In this document: in pieces, positions 12,855-26,722 of the stretch | Layout: every line of letters starts with the position of its first letter | Numbering within the stretch: the first letter of the stretch is position 1 | From: Hemiscyllium ocellatum | Taxonomy: Eukaryota | Length of the DNA stretch: 64,000 bases | Assembly (NCBI RefSeq): GCF_020745735.1 | Contig: NC_083417.1 | Span: 72,478,001 to 72,542,000 of the forward strand | Direction: 5' to 3' | Position numbers and translations under genes: made by a program | Notes under the pieces: model-generated | Database searches by the model: none | The model's input: the letters and a program-made list of their open reading frames with translations, nothing else | What the model was told of the DNA's origin: nothing

Positions 12855-13965
12855 TCAGAGTCACAGAGTTATTTTACTGCAGTGAAAGCTGCCCTTTGAC
12901 CATTGTGTTTGCGCTGGCCATAAAAGATCTATTTATTCTAATTCCATTTCCCAGCACTTGACTTGTACCTTTTGGCTTCAAGTACACACCTAAATACTTC
13001 AGAAATGTCTTGAGTTTTCCCATCACTATTGTCCTTTTAGATATTTAGTTCAAGATACCCACAATCCTCTGGGTGAAAAGGCATTTCACAAACCCCCCCT
13101 TAACTATTTGCTCCTCATCTCAAAACTGTGCCCCATGTACTGATGCCTCTACTGATTGGAAATGTTTATCCCAATCTGCTCTATATGTGCTCCTTATGAC
13201 TTTATATGCTGCTGCAATGGATGTTTGATGCGATAAGGTTTCAAATATACTAACAATGTTGGAAAATGGCAAGACACGGAATACATGTAATTAATTACAT
13301 TTTCAAATTCAACTGAAGTGTTGGACTGATGGAAGGTTTAAGTCAATGTTTACCTTGATTCCATCCTTGTGATACTAACTCTGTGATATAAATTCAAATT
13401 GTTATCCTTGCAACTTCGTATAACATTGCGCATCTGACATTGTTTAGAATTTCTTCTTTGATATTAATCTTGAGGCGGAATTGTGCATGCATTGTATAAA
13501 ACCTGCTCTAAGGTCATAGAGTTGTACAGCATGCAAACAGACCCTTCGTTCCAACTCGTCCATACTGACCAGATATCTTAATCTGGTTCCATTTGTCAGT
13601 ATTTGGTCCATAGCCCGCGAAACCCTTCCTGTTAACAAAGCCATCCAGACGCATTTTTAATGTTGTAATTGTACCCGCTTCTACCACATGCTCTGGCAGT
13701 TCAATGTATACAAAGATCAAACTGTGAAAAGTAGCCCCTTTAGTCGCTTTTAAATGTTTCCCTCTCACCTTAAAACTATACCCTCTAGTTTTGGACTCAA
13801 GTATCCTGGGGAAAGGTCTTTGGCTATTCACCCTAGCCATGTCTCTCGTGGTTTTATAATCCTCTATATTGTTACCACTGTCCGACACTCCAGGGAAAAT
13901 AGCCCCAGTATATTCAGCCACACACTATAACTCACACCCTCCAACCCGGAAACATTGTGTAAGGA
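12855..13965 (-). mobile_element. Two CR1 3' fragments (about 12855-13205 and 13512-13965)
   Basis: ELPEHVVEAGTITT.K..LD in ORF 13514-13921. Confidence 0.75.
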
Positions 13966-14329
13966 AATAGATGGATTCTGTAATAATGGAAAGGTATCAG
14001 TGATGGTGACGAAAAATTTTGACTGAAGAAACGTAATGTCAGCTCACCCAATATTGGATATTATTCTGAGATTGTTGGGGCAGTGCAGTCAGTGAAAGAG
14101 ATGATTACGAGCTTATGCCAGGGGTCCTAAAATATACCTTTGGGAACGGATGTGATGTTTCCATATGTAGACCCTTAGAAGCAACGTGATTATGGGAAAT
14201 AGCAGAAATGGGAAGGATCCCCTGATAGTTCCAAACATAATATGCTGGAAATATACAACATTCCACAGCAAGTAATTCAATTCAAAAGATAAGAACCAAT
14301 AGGGAAGTAGGGATCAAATAAATTCTTGG

Positions 14330-16230
14330 CCATCAAATATTTGGAGTTTGGTTCCTTTGTAATTCAGCTTAAAAAACTCCAAAGACGTCAAGGTCACTCA
14401 TGCTCCTCAAGTTCAATGACCTGGCTGACCTGTGGGTGGTGTGCCAGTGCTAGGCAGTGTAGTCTGTGGCATCTTCCCCCAGGTCAACTGGGCCAAACTT
14501 TCTGGACTCCAGATCAGTCTGTGGAGGGTGGACTCTCTGCCAGAGGAGTTACAGTGGTTCAGCTGGAATACCACCCATAACCTTTACCTGGGCTCTACGT
14601 CAGCCCAGCTGAGGAAACATGGCCAGTGAAAAGGCAGGAGCTGGAGGCCAAAGTCTCAGCTCACCTAGGCCACCGGACAGGTCTGCTCTGAGTGCTATCT
14701 TACAGGACTCGAATGTTGGTCTTATACCACGGTGGCCACCATGCTGTGGTCGAGGCTGGTCTCTTTGATCTCTCCTCCTGGTTTTCTCGCTGACATCAGA
14801 GAATGTTGGTTCACTTAAGTGGCCGTGGCACAGGTTCTGAGCCTCTCTATTATGGAGGGTGCACCCAAACCCAAGGTGGTGACTTTCTACCTTCAGACCT
14901 TGTGGCAATACCTTTCCACTCAACTTCCTCCTTGGTGGTTAACCCAGGTGATGTATTTTGTCTACCAGTTGGGTAATCTCAAGTACAACATGCAGCTCCT
15001 GTTTATCAACTGTGAAGTGCTCTCAGGACACTGCCTGACTTTTACCAGGACTTGATCACTGTCTGCAACATGGCCAACACATGCTAGGCCTTCCCTTCGT
15101 CAGGAAGAGTGGCTATTGTCAGACAGCCGCTTCTCAGGAATCTGCACCTCCATGATTGCAGGTTGAGAGGAGTCCGGTGTCTGCGGGGATGACCAGGGTT
15201 GGGGACGTGCTGGATGGGAGCGTCAGATGCCGTATGCTACTGTAGGAAGTAGCACACAGGGTGGCAGCCACTGCAATCCAGCACCATAAAACGGTGGATG
15301 CTAGTACCTGGCATTGTCCACACATCCCCTGCCCGGATGGAATTTCACATTGGCCCCACAATTCCGGTCTTCCACTGGGAGCCTGTGCCCCACAACCTGA
15401 GCCATCTCCAGCATGTAGGCAGTATGGATTTTTAGAGTGAAACGGCCAGCTCTGCACAGACTGCTGCTGCACACCATCCACCTCTTCTCCTTCATCCACT
15501 GGCCAGGTATGCCTGGCATTACCAATTAACCACCAGGTCGTGGAGATCCCCAGTGGAACGCACTCTACCCAGGAGTCTGCCTTCTTTCCCTTGGGGATCT
15601 GCAGAGTGCGGTGTTTCATAGACTCCCAGCCTAACTGTTTACTTTGTGGTGCTATGGAGTCCATGAACCATATGCATGTTGGGTTTGGGCATTTAGTTAT
15701 CTCAAAGAGCTTCACCTCTGCTTTTGGTTGCACTTCAGCCCCATGTTCCTGATCTTTGGGCAGGTCGGAGCATCTCCTCGTGGGTCTGCTCCAGGAAGAC
15801 TATAAACAAGTCGAACAGTGGGCCGTGGACTTACTTATGCTGACTGCCTACCCCTCTTCCACAGTTACATTCCAGTTCGAGTGTCCCTCGAAAAGGAGCA
15901 CATGGTATCCACCAACAGTCATGATGCCTTTATGGAGAGGTGGGTACCACGGAGAGTTTGATGCTTCCTCTCCCCTTCTAACTCTGTTTTGATTTGATCA
16001 CTTCCCTCCCCTTCACTTTTTGTTTCACACAAGCATTGCCCGACCAGGGTTCTGCTTGTCACTGTTCCCTGGCCACATGGGTGTTTGGTGGCGGAATATT
16101 AATAAAGTCACTTAAAAATCTTTTTTTTTTACTGTGTCTTGCACCTTACAACATAGATGCGAGGAAAAATTGACATTACTGCTGTATGGCAGTAGTGTAG
16201 AAGTTATATACAAAAAGAAAAAATATATAA
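14330..16230 (+). mobile_element. Tx1/L1-clade non-LTR retrotransposon, 5'-truncated and decayed
   Basis: C-terminal CLLCGAMESMNH zinc-knuckle motif, GC-richer than the flanks, and an A-rich 3' end near 16210. Confidence 0.65.
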
Positions 16231-16577
16231 TCAAAACATTCAGAGTCTTCTCACTTCAGGGCTGACTACAGCTGCCTGGCCAGACTTACTGTGCACATGC
16301 GTGGCCTGCTGATGGAATACCAGCCTCTGTGCAGTTATTTCAGTTTTCACTTGAGAAAATGAGAATTACAATAGAGTTAATGGATAGAGGGAATGTGCCT
16401 TCTGAGAGTCAGGCATTACTAATATCAGAAAAATGATGGATTTGAATTTTGAACTAGGGCTGCACAGTCAAAAAGTGAAATGTTGGTGAAAATGAAGGCA
16501 GTTTGCCATCTGTGCAGAATTGTGGCAAAGTACTGTAGACTAATCTAGGCACACACATTTTCCAGCAGATAACATAT

Positions 16578-16895
16578 AATTGATTAGATTAGATTACTAG
16601 ATTCGATTACTTACAGTGTGGAAACAGGTCTTTCAGCCCAACAAGTCAATACTGACTCGTTGAAGTGCAACCCACCCAGACACATTCCCCTACATCCACC
16701 CCTTCACCTAACACTACGGGCAATTTAGCATGGCCAATTAACCTAACCTGCACGTTTTTGGACTGTGGGAGGAAACCGGAGCACCCGGAGGAAACCCGCA
16801 CAGACACGGGGAGAATGTGCAAACTCCACACAGTCAGCCACCTGAAGTGGGAATTGAACCCGGGTCTCTGCCGCTGAGAAGCAGCAGTGCTATTT
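16578..16895 (-). mobile_element. HE1-like SINE, well preserved
   Basis: Full core plus attagattagatta tail. Confidence 0.9.
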
Positions 16896-17029
16896 AGATA
16901 AAACACATGCAGAATTCCACACTGATTGCGGTTCATTTGAAAAAAACTGACCAGAAAATCAGTTGTGCTGAATTTCAGCAGGATATCTCTGACACAAGCA
17001 CCGAGAATGCTCGAGACACTGGGCAGATC

Positions 17030-17410
17030 TTGTGACATCTCTTGTGGAGAGAGAATCAGAGTTAACGTTTAGAGTGCAATATGACTTCTTCAGAGCCGAA
17101 AGCTGTTGGAACATAGTTTTTTTTTATCTGTGTGCTTCTTGACAGAGGCAGAGGAGGAGCAAGAGAACAGAGCCCAGTGCAAAAGATAAAGGTTGGGGGA
17201 ACTTTAACTTTTGCATTCACAATTTAAAAGTTAAAAGTTTTTCATAGTAGAGAAAGAGAAAAAAGAAGTGACAAATGTGTAAATTTAGGTGTGACAGGGA
17301 GTCATTGTTTTGACTAAGTAAGTAAACATCACAACGATGTGAGGGAGTGGGAAGGTGTGGGGGGGGCAAAGAGGTGTAAAAACAATGAGAAACAAACATA
17401 AAGTGGTCAG
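17030..17410 (-). mobile_element. Penelope-like 3' remnant with decayed CTGAAGA hammerhead
   Basis: The reverse strand reads ctgaagaagtcatattgcactctaaacgttaactct at about 17060-17097. Confidence 0.45.
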
Positions 17411-17412
17411 TT

Positions 17413-18162
17413 TCGAAAGTTAGTGAATTGAATACAGGGCAACAACGATTATCCGATTACCAATTATACAAACATCGGATTGTCCAAAGGAGATCTCGAG
17501 GTCCCAATAGAACCATTACATTAAAGACGTATTTCCAAGAATGATCGCACCTTTTACTTACAGTGATTAAATAGGCACCGTCTCCAAATGAAAGTAAAAG
17601 TTGTGTCTGTGGGGCTTTTTGGAGACGTACCCCACAAATGCAGCAGCAGTCTTATTGCTAGTATCCATTTCAGATGCCCCAGAGAGGGGCTGGGGGTGGA
17701 TGGCTATGTGGGGGGGTGCGTGATGGGAGTGAGTGCACGCCGCTTTGTGCTGGGGTTTGTGGCGGGGTTGGACTGGGTTGGGGCAGGGTTGAACGGTGTT
17801 GGGGGTAGCGTTGGACCGGGTTGGAGACGGTCGAGTTGGGTTTGGGGGGGTGGTTGGCCAGTGTTGGTGGGGTGGGGGACGGATTTGAACCGAGTTGGGT
17901 TTGGGGGGCTGGGTTGGATAGTGTTGGGGGGCCGGGGATTAGTTTGGACTGGGTTGGGGGGTGGTGTTGGATGGGGGAGGGAGGCAGTGTTGGGGCGAGG
18001 TGTCGCACGTTGTGTGTTGCTGCTCGTATCCTGAACGGGGAGCAGAACTAAAACTCTGAGCCCCAGAATAAAGGCTTTTAATTGATAAACCAAATAATCG
18101 ATTATCCAAATGAAATAGTGCATGCCCATCTCGTTTGGATAATTGCGTTTCCATTGTATTGG
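17413..18162. mobile_element. pogo/Tigger-like MITE with G-rich interior
   Basis: TA-cagggcaacaacgattatccg ... ggataattgcgtttccattg-TA terminal inverted repeats. The interior at 17690-18000 has dense GGG(G) runs. Confidence 0.6.
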
Positions 18163-18884
18163 GACTTCTGCAGAAACAAAAGTGTCCTGCCAGCTTGTGT
18201 TGTGTTTCGTTGGAACCTTGTAGCAGGCCCAGGACAGAAATGTTTGTGTTTAGAACATCATCTGGATTTTTGGAATACTGGATCGTTGCTTCCATCCCTA
18301 CTTGGTGCCATTGGACTTTGGGAATTATTCAGTGAATGTGATCATATCAAGATATCTTTCTATTAAATAATTCGTCATACTCGACGTTGTTCAAATACTA
18401 CCACATTATTGTATGTGTTTATGTCACAACATTAAATTTGCTAACGTGTTACATTTGAACATAGAAAAATCAGTACCCTTCAAATCTACTGAAAGTATTT
18501 TGAATTTTTTGTTTGATAATCAGTCTCTCACACATCAAAATCTTCAGCATTCTGTTGTTTTGATTCCCCTAACAATATTAGAGCAGAATTTTACACTTCA
18601 AGATCTGCTCCTGGCATGTTTGCCTCTCATGTCATTGATCTGTGTTAATTTTTCGCGCAGTTTCAACCCTCTTTTGAGATTGCTTCACCTTTTATTCTTT
18701 AAATGATCCATGTACCAATGCACAAAAATTCATTTGAACTGCTACAATTCATATTTTTTAAATATTTCGAAGAGAGTCAAAATTGAGTTCTAGAGTGTTA
18801 TATTTATTTCATCATAATGAATTGGTCGTGCCTGTGCAATTCTTCACTTACATAGCATACCATAACACTCAAAGGAGACATCTA

Positions 18885-19075
18885 GACATATTAGATTATA
18901 TACAGATGGAAGCAGTCACTTCGGCTCAACAAGTCCACACCAACCCTCCAAAGAGTATACCACCCACCCTTTACCCGAAAAGACCTAACACAATGGGCAA
19001 TTTAGCATGGCCAATTCACCTGACCTGCACACCTTTGGATTGTGGGAAACCCACATCGACATGGGGAGAATGTGC
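18885..19075 (-). mobile_element. HE1-like SINE, partial
   Basis: gggcaatttagcatggccaattcacctgacctgcacac core. Confidence 0.8.
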
Positions 19076-19526
19076 CGCTCCTAATCTGAATGACTTGTCT
19101 GACAAATTACTTGTACTGAACACTACAGCCTCCAAAATTAAATACACAGTAAAGAATCACTCTGTAACCGTAAATAACAATTAACATCATTCTTACTCAT
19201 TCATCAGGGGAAGCATTTCTCAATCATCATCAGCATTAGCCAGTCAACAACATTTCTACACATTCATCAGCAGCAGCTTCACCCAGTTGCTAACAACAGT
19301 ATCTCACAATTACAAATGATATTCATTAATCTTCATCTTCCCTTAAAGCGAATTCCCATTGACTTCAACATCACCAGCATTACCCAGTCATCAGCAGAAA
19401 TTCAGTTATCACCAGTCTTGACCAGTGACTAATACAAACAGCAGTCAACAAAAACACTGTTTTCCAGTCAATGGCACATCACCATCATGAGTACTCAACC
19501 AGAAGCAGCAAAATACAAACTGAACA

Positions 19527-19725
19527 GAATCTGGATCAGTGGTGCTGGAAGAGCACAACAGTTCAGGCAGCATCCAACGAGCAGCTAAATCAACGTTTCA
19601 GGCAAAAGTCCTTGACTTTTGCCCGAAACGTCGATTTCGCTGCTCATTGGATGTTGCCTGAACTGCTGTGCTCTTTCAGCACCACTGATCCAGAATCTGG
19701 TTTCCAGCATCTGCAGACATTGTTT
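19527..19725. repeat. Near-perfect foldback of a Penelope-derived tail
   Basis: Arms of about 80 bp, with a 3-nt centre (ctt) at 19611-19613. Confidence 0.85.
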
Positions 19726-20039
19726 TTACCAAATTGAACAGAATGCCTACTTACTCATCACCACCATCACTTAGACATTAGCTGAATCTCATGCCCATAG
19801 CAATTTCAAAGTCACCAGTAGCCCTTACTAATGAACCATAGAGTTGTACAACACAGAAAGAGGCCTTTGGCCAAAGTCAATGACATCAAATATTAGAATC
19901 TGCAAGCAGTGACATCATACGTACACCATCTATTAAAGCAGCCATGAGAAATGACATCATCAGGTTTCTAGCAGGAATCAGCAGCACTTTCTAAATATAA
20001 ACTGCACATCTGGGTGATTTGAGGAAACATTTCTTTCCT

Positions 20040-23000
20040 CAAATGGTCTCCAAACGTGTTGCCCTTCATCATAAAATTATGCCCCCTCATTACACCAGTT
20101 CAGGGGAACATCTGCTACCTTTTCATCTTGCCAATGCCCCTCAATCTTATACACCTCAGTCAGGTTCCTGCACAAGCTTCTATGCTCTGCAGAAAACAAA
20201 TTGAGCTTAGCCAGTTTCTCTTTATAGCAAAATGGTCCAATCCTGGCACCATCCTGGTGAACCTGCTCTGCGCCCACTCCAATGCAATCACATCTTTCCT
20301 ATCATGTGGTGACCAAACTGCACATAGTGATCAAATGCATGTTCTGAACAGCATCAACATAATTGCCCTGATGTGATAATGTATATCATGACTGTGCATC
20401 ATTCACCTTCTTAACCACCCTATGAATCTGTCAGGTGCCTTCTGGGATCTGTGGTGAAGCACCCCATGAACTCTCTCCCTCTGAGCTTTCTTGTATCCTG
20501 CCATTCATTTAGTATTCCCTTGCTTTGTTACTTCTTCAAAAGTAGATCACTTCCCATGGCTCAATTCTATTTTCACTGACCTGCCTACCTGTCAAATATA
20601 CTACATCTACTCATAACTGACAAACATTCATTTCTCACTATTAATCTCTTGGCCAATTCTTGCGTCATTTGCAACGTACTTACATTATCCCTCATATTCT
20701 CATCTATGTTGTTTAACGAACCATTGAATCATAATTTCGCGAGAGTATGGAAGCAGGCCATTTACCCATCGAGTCCACACTGTCCCTCTGAAGAGCATCA
20801 CAACTAACCCACCCCCTACCCAATCCCAGTAACCCTACATTCCCATTGCCAATCCAACTAACCTGCACATCTTTGGACTGAGGAAAGAAAGCGGAAAACC
20901 CAGAGGAAACCCACACAGGCACGGGAAGAATGTGCAAACTCCACGCAGACAGTTGTCTGCGGGTGGAATCGAACCTGGACCCCCGGCGCTGTGGGGTGGC
21001 AGTGCTAACAACGAAGCCGCTATGCCATCCCATTTATAAGTAAATCATAAACAGTAAGGGACTCAGCACTGACCCAGTATTATGCCACTGCACACCAACA
21101 GCTAGTCACTGACAGCCTTCTGCCAATAAATCAATTTTAGATCCAACTTTCCAAGTTATCCTCAATTGAATGTAGTTTTACTTTCTTCATTCATATCCCA
21201 TGTGGGATCTTGTCAAAGGCTTTGCTGAAGCCTGTGTAAAATATATTAGTCTCATCTGGACATCTGATCGCCTCCTCAAAAAAAAATCAAACTTAATATG
21301 TATGACCCCACTCTGACAAAGGCATGATGACTCTTCCTGAGAAAACTTCACCTCTCGAAGTGGAGATGAATTCCCTCCTTCAGAATTTTCTCCTTTAGTT
21401 TTCCTACCACTGATACGAAACTTAGCAGTCTGAAATTCCCTGGTTCATTCCTACTATCTTTCTAGAAAAGTGGAATCACACTAATCCTCTCGAACCTTTC
21501 CAGTTGCCACAGAGAAATTAAAGTTTTTGGATCAGATCCTCTTAAATTCCTTTGTAGCCTCTGGCAGTAGGCTCGTATACAATTCACACAGATCTTTGGA
21601 TTTGACCACCTTTATGTCAGCCAAAACCTCCAATACCACCTCATTCCCTACGTCAATCAGCTCAGGAACCTCACAGATCTTCTTCCGAAATTCTGTACTA
21701 CTTTTTACTTCTCCTGAGAGAACACAGAGGTGTGAAGTAATAATTTAAAGATCTATCAACATCCTTCAGCTCCACTCACGGATAGCTCCTTAAATCTCTA
21801 ATGGGCCATACTCTTTCCCTGGCTATCCACTTTCACTAAATATAATTACAAAATATCTTGGGATTCTCCCTTAACTTACCTGCCAGGTTTGTTCTCCTTT
21901 GTTCTCCAAATTGCTTTCTTATGTTCCTCCCTGCCACATTTTCATACTCCACTGAGGCCTCCTCTGATTTTCAACTTTCTAAAAGTCGTTTTATTTTTAT
22001 CCAGTGATGAGTATTCTTAGACATCCAGGGTTATCTGGACTTGTTACTCTTACACATCACCTTATTGTCATGCTAAAGTCTTGTTGTCTGTTACCAAATG
22101 ATCTGTGGCTTTTGGCCAATGGGGTTATGAGAGGGGTTGAAAGCATTCAAGGCATCATTCCAATATCGTTCACTGTTGCCATGTGAGGGAAATGTAATGT
22201 GCACCTCCACAGTCACTGGCTGGAAGTCAAGGTGCCAGAAAGTTTGATCAATCTTCTCCAATACACAACTCTTAGGCTGATTGCAACTGGCTTCCCCTGA
22301 ACCTTTGTAACCTCTTCACCTTAGTTTCCACTGTTCGCTGCAGCCAATAGCTGCTGGCTGCTGCTTAATTTAGTTTGGCCAGTTTCCAGTCAGACTAGAT
22401 TCCTCTTGTTTTGTGTCAATTTATAATGTTCAATTTTGGGCCTGTTGGCGCTTGACCACAGTGATTACTCTCCCCATTTAATTTGTGATCACCCTTTTGC
22501 CCCTGCTATCCACTGCTCTGTTCTAGATTTACCCAGAAGTAGCTGTTCCCAGTCTATTTTGGTCATATTCTGCCTCTTTTCAATAACACTGGCAAAACTC
22601 ATTTTTTGCAGACTATGTTTTCCTTTTATGTGTGAGAAACTTCGCAGAATGATTGTTTTGTGGCTGCTATCACTAAAATGTTCTCGCATTGCCACCTCTA
22701 ACACCAGCTGGCTTTGTCCCTCAAAGTGAGGTCTAGCACTTCACTGGCCCTTGTTGGGCATTCTACATGTTGACATAAAAATTTTAACTGAAACATTTCA
22801 AACCTCCACTCCCTCTCAATCCCCATTAATATTGGGCAAGTTGAAATCCCCTCATACTCTTCTGATTATTATCATTATTATTACACTCTTCAGTGAAATG
22901 TGTACATATCTGCTTCTCTATCAGTCACTGGCTATTTGTTGGCCATGACACACAAGCAATGTTTCTACTCCCTTTTTATCCTGAGTTCCACCCCCAGACC

Positions 23001-23720
23001 TCATTTGATATCTTGTCAACCCTCCTTATTCCTTTATGTGATACCACCTTGACATTTTACACCCTCCCCTGTTCTGGCTAAAGATCTTATATGTCATGGA
23101 ATGTTGAGTTGCTAGTCCTATCTCTTTGTCAACCATATGTCTGTGATGGTAAGAACATTGCAGTTCTATTTGTCAATACATTCTCTTCACTTATTTGTCT
23201 GATACTCGTAGCATTACAGGTCACTTTACTCCCTTGAGACTGAGCATAGCCAAACTGCCTCTGTAACAGCCCCTTTACTATGTTAAACTGTGTCCCTAAT
23301 GTATTAACACTATGTGTCCTCACCCCCTGCCAAACTAGTTGAAATTCCTCCCAACAGCAGTAGCAAACTTACTTGCAACAATATTGGTTCCCCTCCCATT
23401 GAGGGGCAGACTGTCACACTTGTACAGGTCCAACCTTCGACAGAAATGGTTACAGTAATCTAGGAATCTAAAACTCTCCCTCTTGCACCAACCTCTGAGT
23501 CATTAAAGTACTGCATACTCCTCTTTCTATATTCAGTAGCACATGGCACCTGGAGTAATCCAGACATTAGACATTTAGAGATCCTGCATTTGAACTTACT
23601 GCCTAGCTAACTGAATTCTGTAGGCAGGACTTCATCCCATATTCTACCTGTATCTTTGGTACTGACAACTTTTAACTTATTGCCCTTCCAATTCAGGATG
23701 CACTCTAGCCATTTAATGAT
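20040..23720 (-). mobile_element. Long decayed CR1 ORF2 with nested HE1-like SINE (about 20720-21030)
   Basis: RT C-terminal motifs near 20080-20280, cccacatgggat/tgtcaaaggc (KAFD.VPH) near 21200, and endonuclease-region remnants (DHN/GDFN-like, DWEQ) at 22400-22900. Confidence 0.75.
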
Positions 23721-24475
23721 ATCCCTCTGTGATAATGTAAATGCCAGAACTTAAATAACTGTTCATGGATTGAGAGGATCACCAATGACTCTTTCTGGAT
23801 TAAATGCTTCATGAGATGATACCAACAAGATGAAACTGTTACGAAGAAACTAAATGCAACATGCTCATAAGCCATTACTGGAAAGGTCATGTTTTCACAT
23901 ATCCAGCTAACACTGAATGTAACAAGGATTACATAATCTGAAGGATTGTCAATAATGTCACACCATGAAGTTGAATGACAGGAAATACTTTAAGAATTCA
24001 AATCCAGGATTCTTCAGTTGCAGAACTTTGAAAACAAAGGATCAAAACTTGGGCATTCACAGACAGACACTGCTGTTTGGAATGTTAGCTAAATTCCATG
24101 ATTATTTGGGCTGTGAGACTTCATTACTTGAGGGGTCTTATTTTGGTTGCTGCCTGCTACAACACGTGCTTCTTCAAGGTGAACTGGTTTAAATGCGGTT
24201 GAAGAATTCAGACAGTTACTTGTAGACTGCAAACGTTCCTGACCTGTATTGGCTAGAACGCTATTCCAGCCGTATTAGTTTAAATGAGGCTGCCATTGCA
24301 CGAGTGCCTTATAACTGGAGAACAGAACAGTCGCGTTATACAAAATCCGACTGTAATTGTTTCAGTATTTAAGTTTTTTTTTTAAATAAGCCCTCGAACT
24401 AAAGGCATCTTGTGGTAATTTACACACACCACCCATTTCCAGAGTTACATCTATGGCCACAGAAACACCCATCTT

Positions 24476-26515
24476 CACTACAGTGTGGAAGCAGGCCAAT
24501 CGGCCCATCAAGTCCATACCAACTCTGTAAAGAGCAACGCACCCAGACCTAAAACGCTGCATTTCCCATGGCTAAGCCACCTATCTTCCACCCCTGGACA
24601 TTATGTTCAATTTAGCATGGCCAATCCGCCTAACATTCGCAGCTTTCGACTGCGGGAGGAAACTGGAGCACTCAGAGGAAACCCAAGCATACATGGGGAG
24701 AATGTTCAAACTTAATCCAGTCAGCCTGGGCCAGAATCGGACCCAAATCCCTTCAGCGTCCTGGTCTTTGCCTTTAGCTGCATTCCCTGCAACCACTTTC
24801 CAACACGAGCAAACCATTATTGATTAGAATTTCCTCCGGTAACTTCTAGTCTGTCTGCTTCACCTCTTTCCTCGTTGTCCTCCATGCTCACCCTGTCTAC
24901 AACTCCATAGTCTGCACCACGTCAGAAAACGTGCTATCACGTCGTCTTTGTTTATCGTTGTGGTTGAACCTCTGGGTGTCCAGCCGATGGGGAAGTTCCA
25001 AGACTCGGCACTCGAGCTATTCGAATGGGCAGCATTTCCGTATAGATGTGGTCATCCAGACTTCCAGAATTAGGAGCACAGATTCCCACATGTTGCAGAC
25101 AGTGCAGCACGTTATCCTGGGCTCCCTCTGACGTGTTCAGCTGAATTTAGAAAACCCTCACGGTAGCAAATTTTTTTTTTTCTCTGGGGGCTGGAAAGTG
25201 GATCGGTGCAGCAATATTTATTGTGCTTGGATAGTTAGCCCAGTTTGCTGTGTGAGCTCCAAATTCTGGAGATGAAACTTATTTTGTGGGAGAGCAAGAA
25301 ATAGACATTGGAGACCTGCCTTACAGCTGCTGAGATTTGGAGCTGGTCTAATCATGGTGTGTAGATATAAGCATAAACGAATGTAAAACAGATCGATTTC
25401 AGTGTGTGTTGTCTCGAAAGGACAAAGGTCGCGCTAATAAACGACACCATCATTATGCACAGTCCCCCAGTTGAAGGAGCCTTTGAAAGGACTTGAACTG
25501 TGAATTGTTACATCTGCATGGATGCATTTGCAAACAGGCAGTGAATTTCACAATGCGGAATATTTAATCTCGTGTGGCCACCTATGGCCACAGAAACACA
25601 GATGTTCACATAGATTCACTACAGTGTGGAAGCAGGCCAATTGGCCCATCAAGTCCACACCAACCCTGTGAAGAATATCGCACCCAGATGTACAACGCTG
25701 CATTTACCACGGCTCAACCACCTAACATCCACACCCCTGAACATTATGTGCAATTTAGCATAACCAATCCGCCTAACCTACACTTCTTTCAACTGCAGGA
25801 GGAAACCCAAGCAGACATGGGAGAATATTCAAACTTGACCAGACAGCCTGAGGCCAGAATCGAACCCAAATCCCTCCAGCGTCATGGAATTTGCCTTTAG
25901 CTGCATTCCCTGCAACCGTTTTCCAACACGAGAAAGCGATTATTGATTAGATTGGTCTCTGTGGCATTCCAGGCTGCCTGCTTCACTTCTTTCCTCGTTG
26001 TCCTCCACGCTAACCCTGCCTGCATCACGTCAGAAAACGTGATATCAGTAGTTTTATTTAGGGTTGTAGTTGAAATTTGAAATACTTATGGTAGCAATTC
26101 TTTTTTTCTCTGGGGGCTGAAATCTGGAAGGGCGGCAATATTTCTTGAGCTTGGATAATTAGTCCAGTTTGCTGGTTGATCTCCAAATTCTGGAGATGAA
26201 GTTTTTTTTGTGTGGGAGAGAAAGAAAGAGACATTGGGAACCTGCCTTACAGCTGCTGCGGTTTGGAGCTGGTCTACTCAAGATGTGAGGTTATAACATA
26301 AATGAATGTAAAACAAATCACTTTCAGCATATGTTGTCTCGAGGGAGGCAAAAGTCATGCTAATAAACGACACCATTGTGCACAGTTCCCCAGTTCAGAG
26401 GTCCGTCAGTTGAAGGAGCCTCTGAAAGGACTTAAGCTGTGAATTGTTATATCTGCACGATGCATTTGTAAACAAGCAGTGAATTTCGCAATGCAGACTA
26501 TTTGACCTCATGTGC
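24476..26515 (+). repeat. Direct tandem duplication (about 24476-25575 and 25617-26515)
   Basis: Both units start ttcactacagtgtggaagcaggccaat and share unique sequence through gcagtgaatttc.caatgc.ga.tatt. Unit 1 has an extra insert of about 190 bp. Confidence 0.9.
24955..25140 (-). mobile_element. CR1 ORF1 5' fragment present only in duplication unit 1
   Basis: The reverse strand reads ...CNMWE...LDDHI..., followed by a leucine-zipper-like LE.RVLEL, typical of CR1 ORF1 N-termini. Confidence 0.55.
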
Positions 26516-26722
26516 AATGTGCGATATTCCCTTGAATAGCTATGTGTACTTAGATTGTTATCACTTCCGAGAAACCAATGTTTTAAATAGCTGCTTCGGT
26601 TCTCTTGTGGTTTGTCAAATTGCAGCACGTCCATTATCAAATATTTTCACCACCAGCAGCGCATTGCAGTGTTTCCATTTAACTTGGACCAGGGGTGACC
26701 GAGGTTATCAACCATATACAAC

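Noticed and set aside
17588-18295. Long Gly/Val- and Pro-rich ORFs
   Set aside because: Artefacts of the G-rich low-complexity MITE interior.
19190-19500. Degenerate catcagcag/ccagtc repeats as an array or CRISPR-like structure
   Set aside because: No constant repeat length or spacer pattern; ordinary low-complexity eukaryotic sequence.
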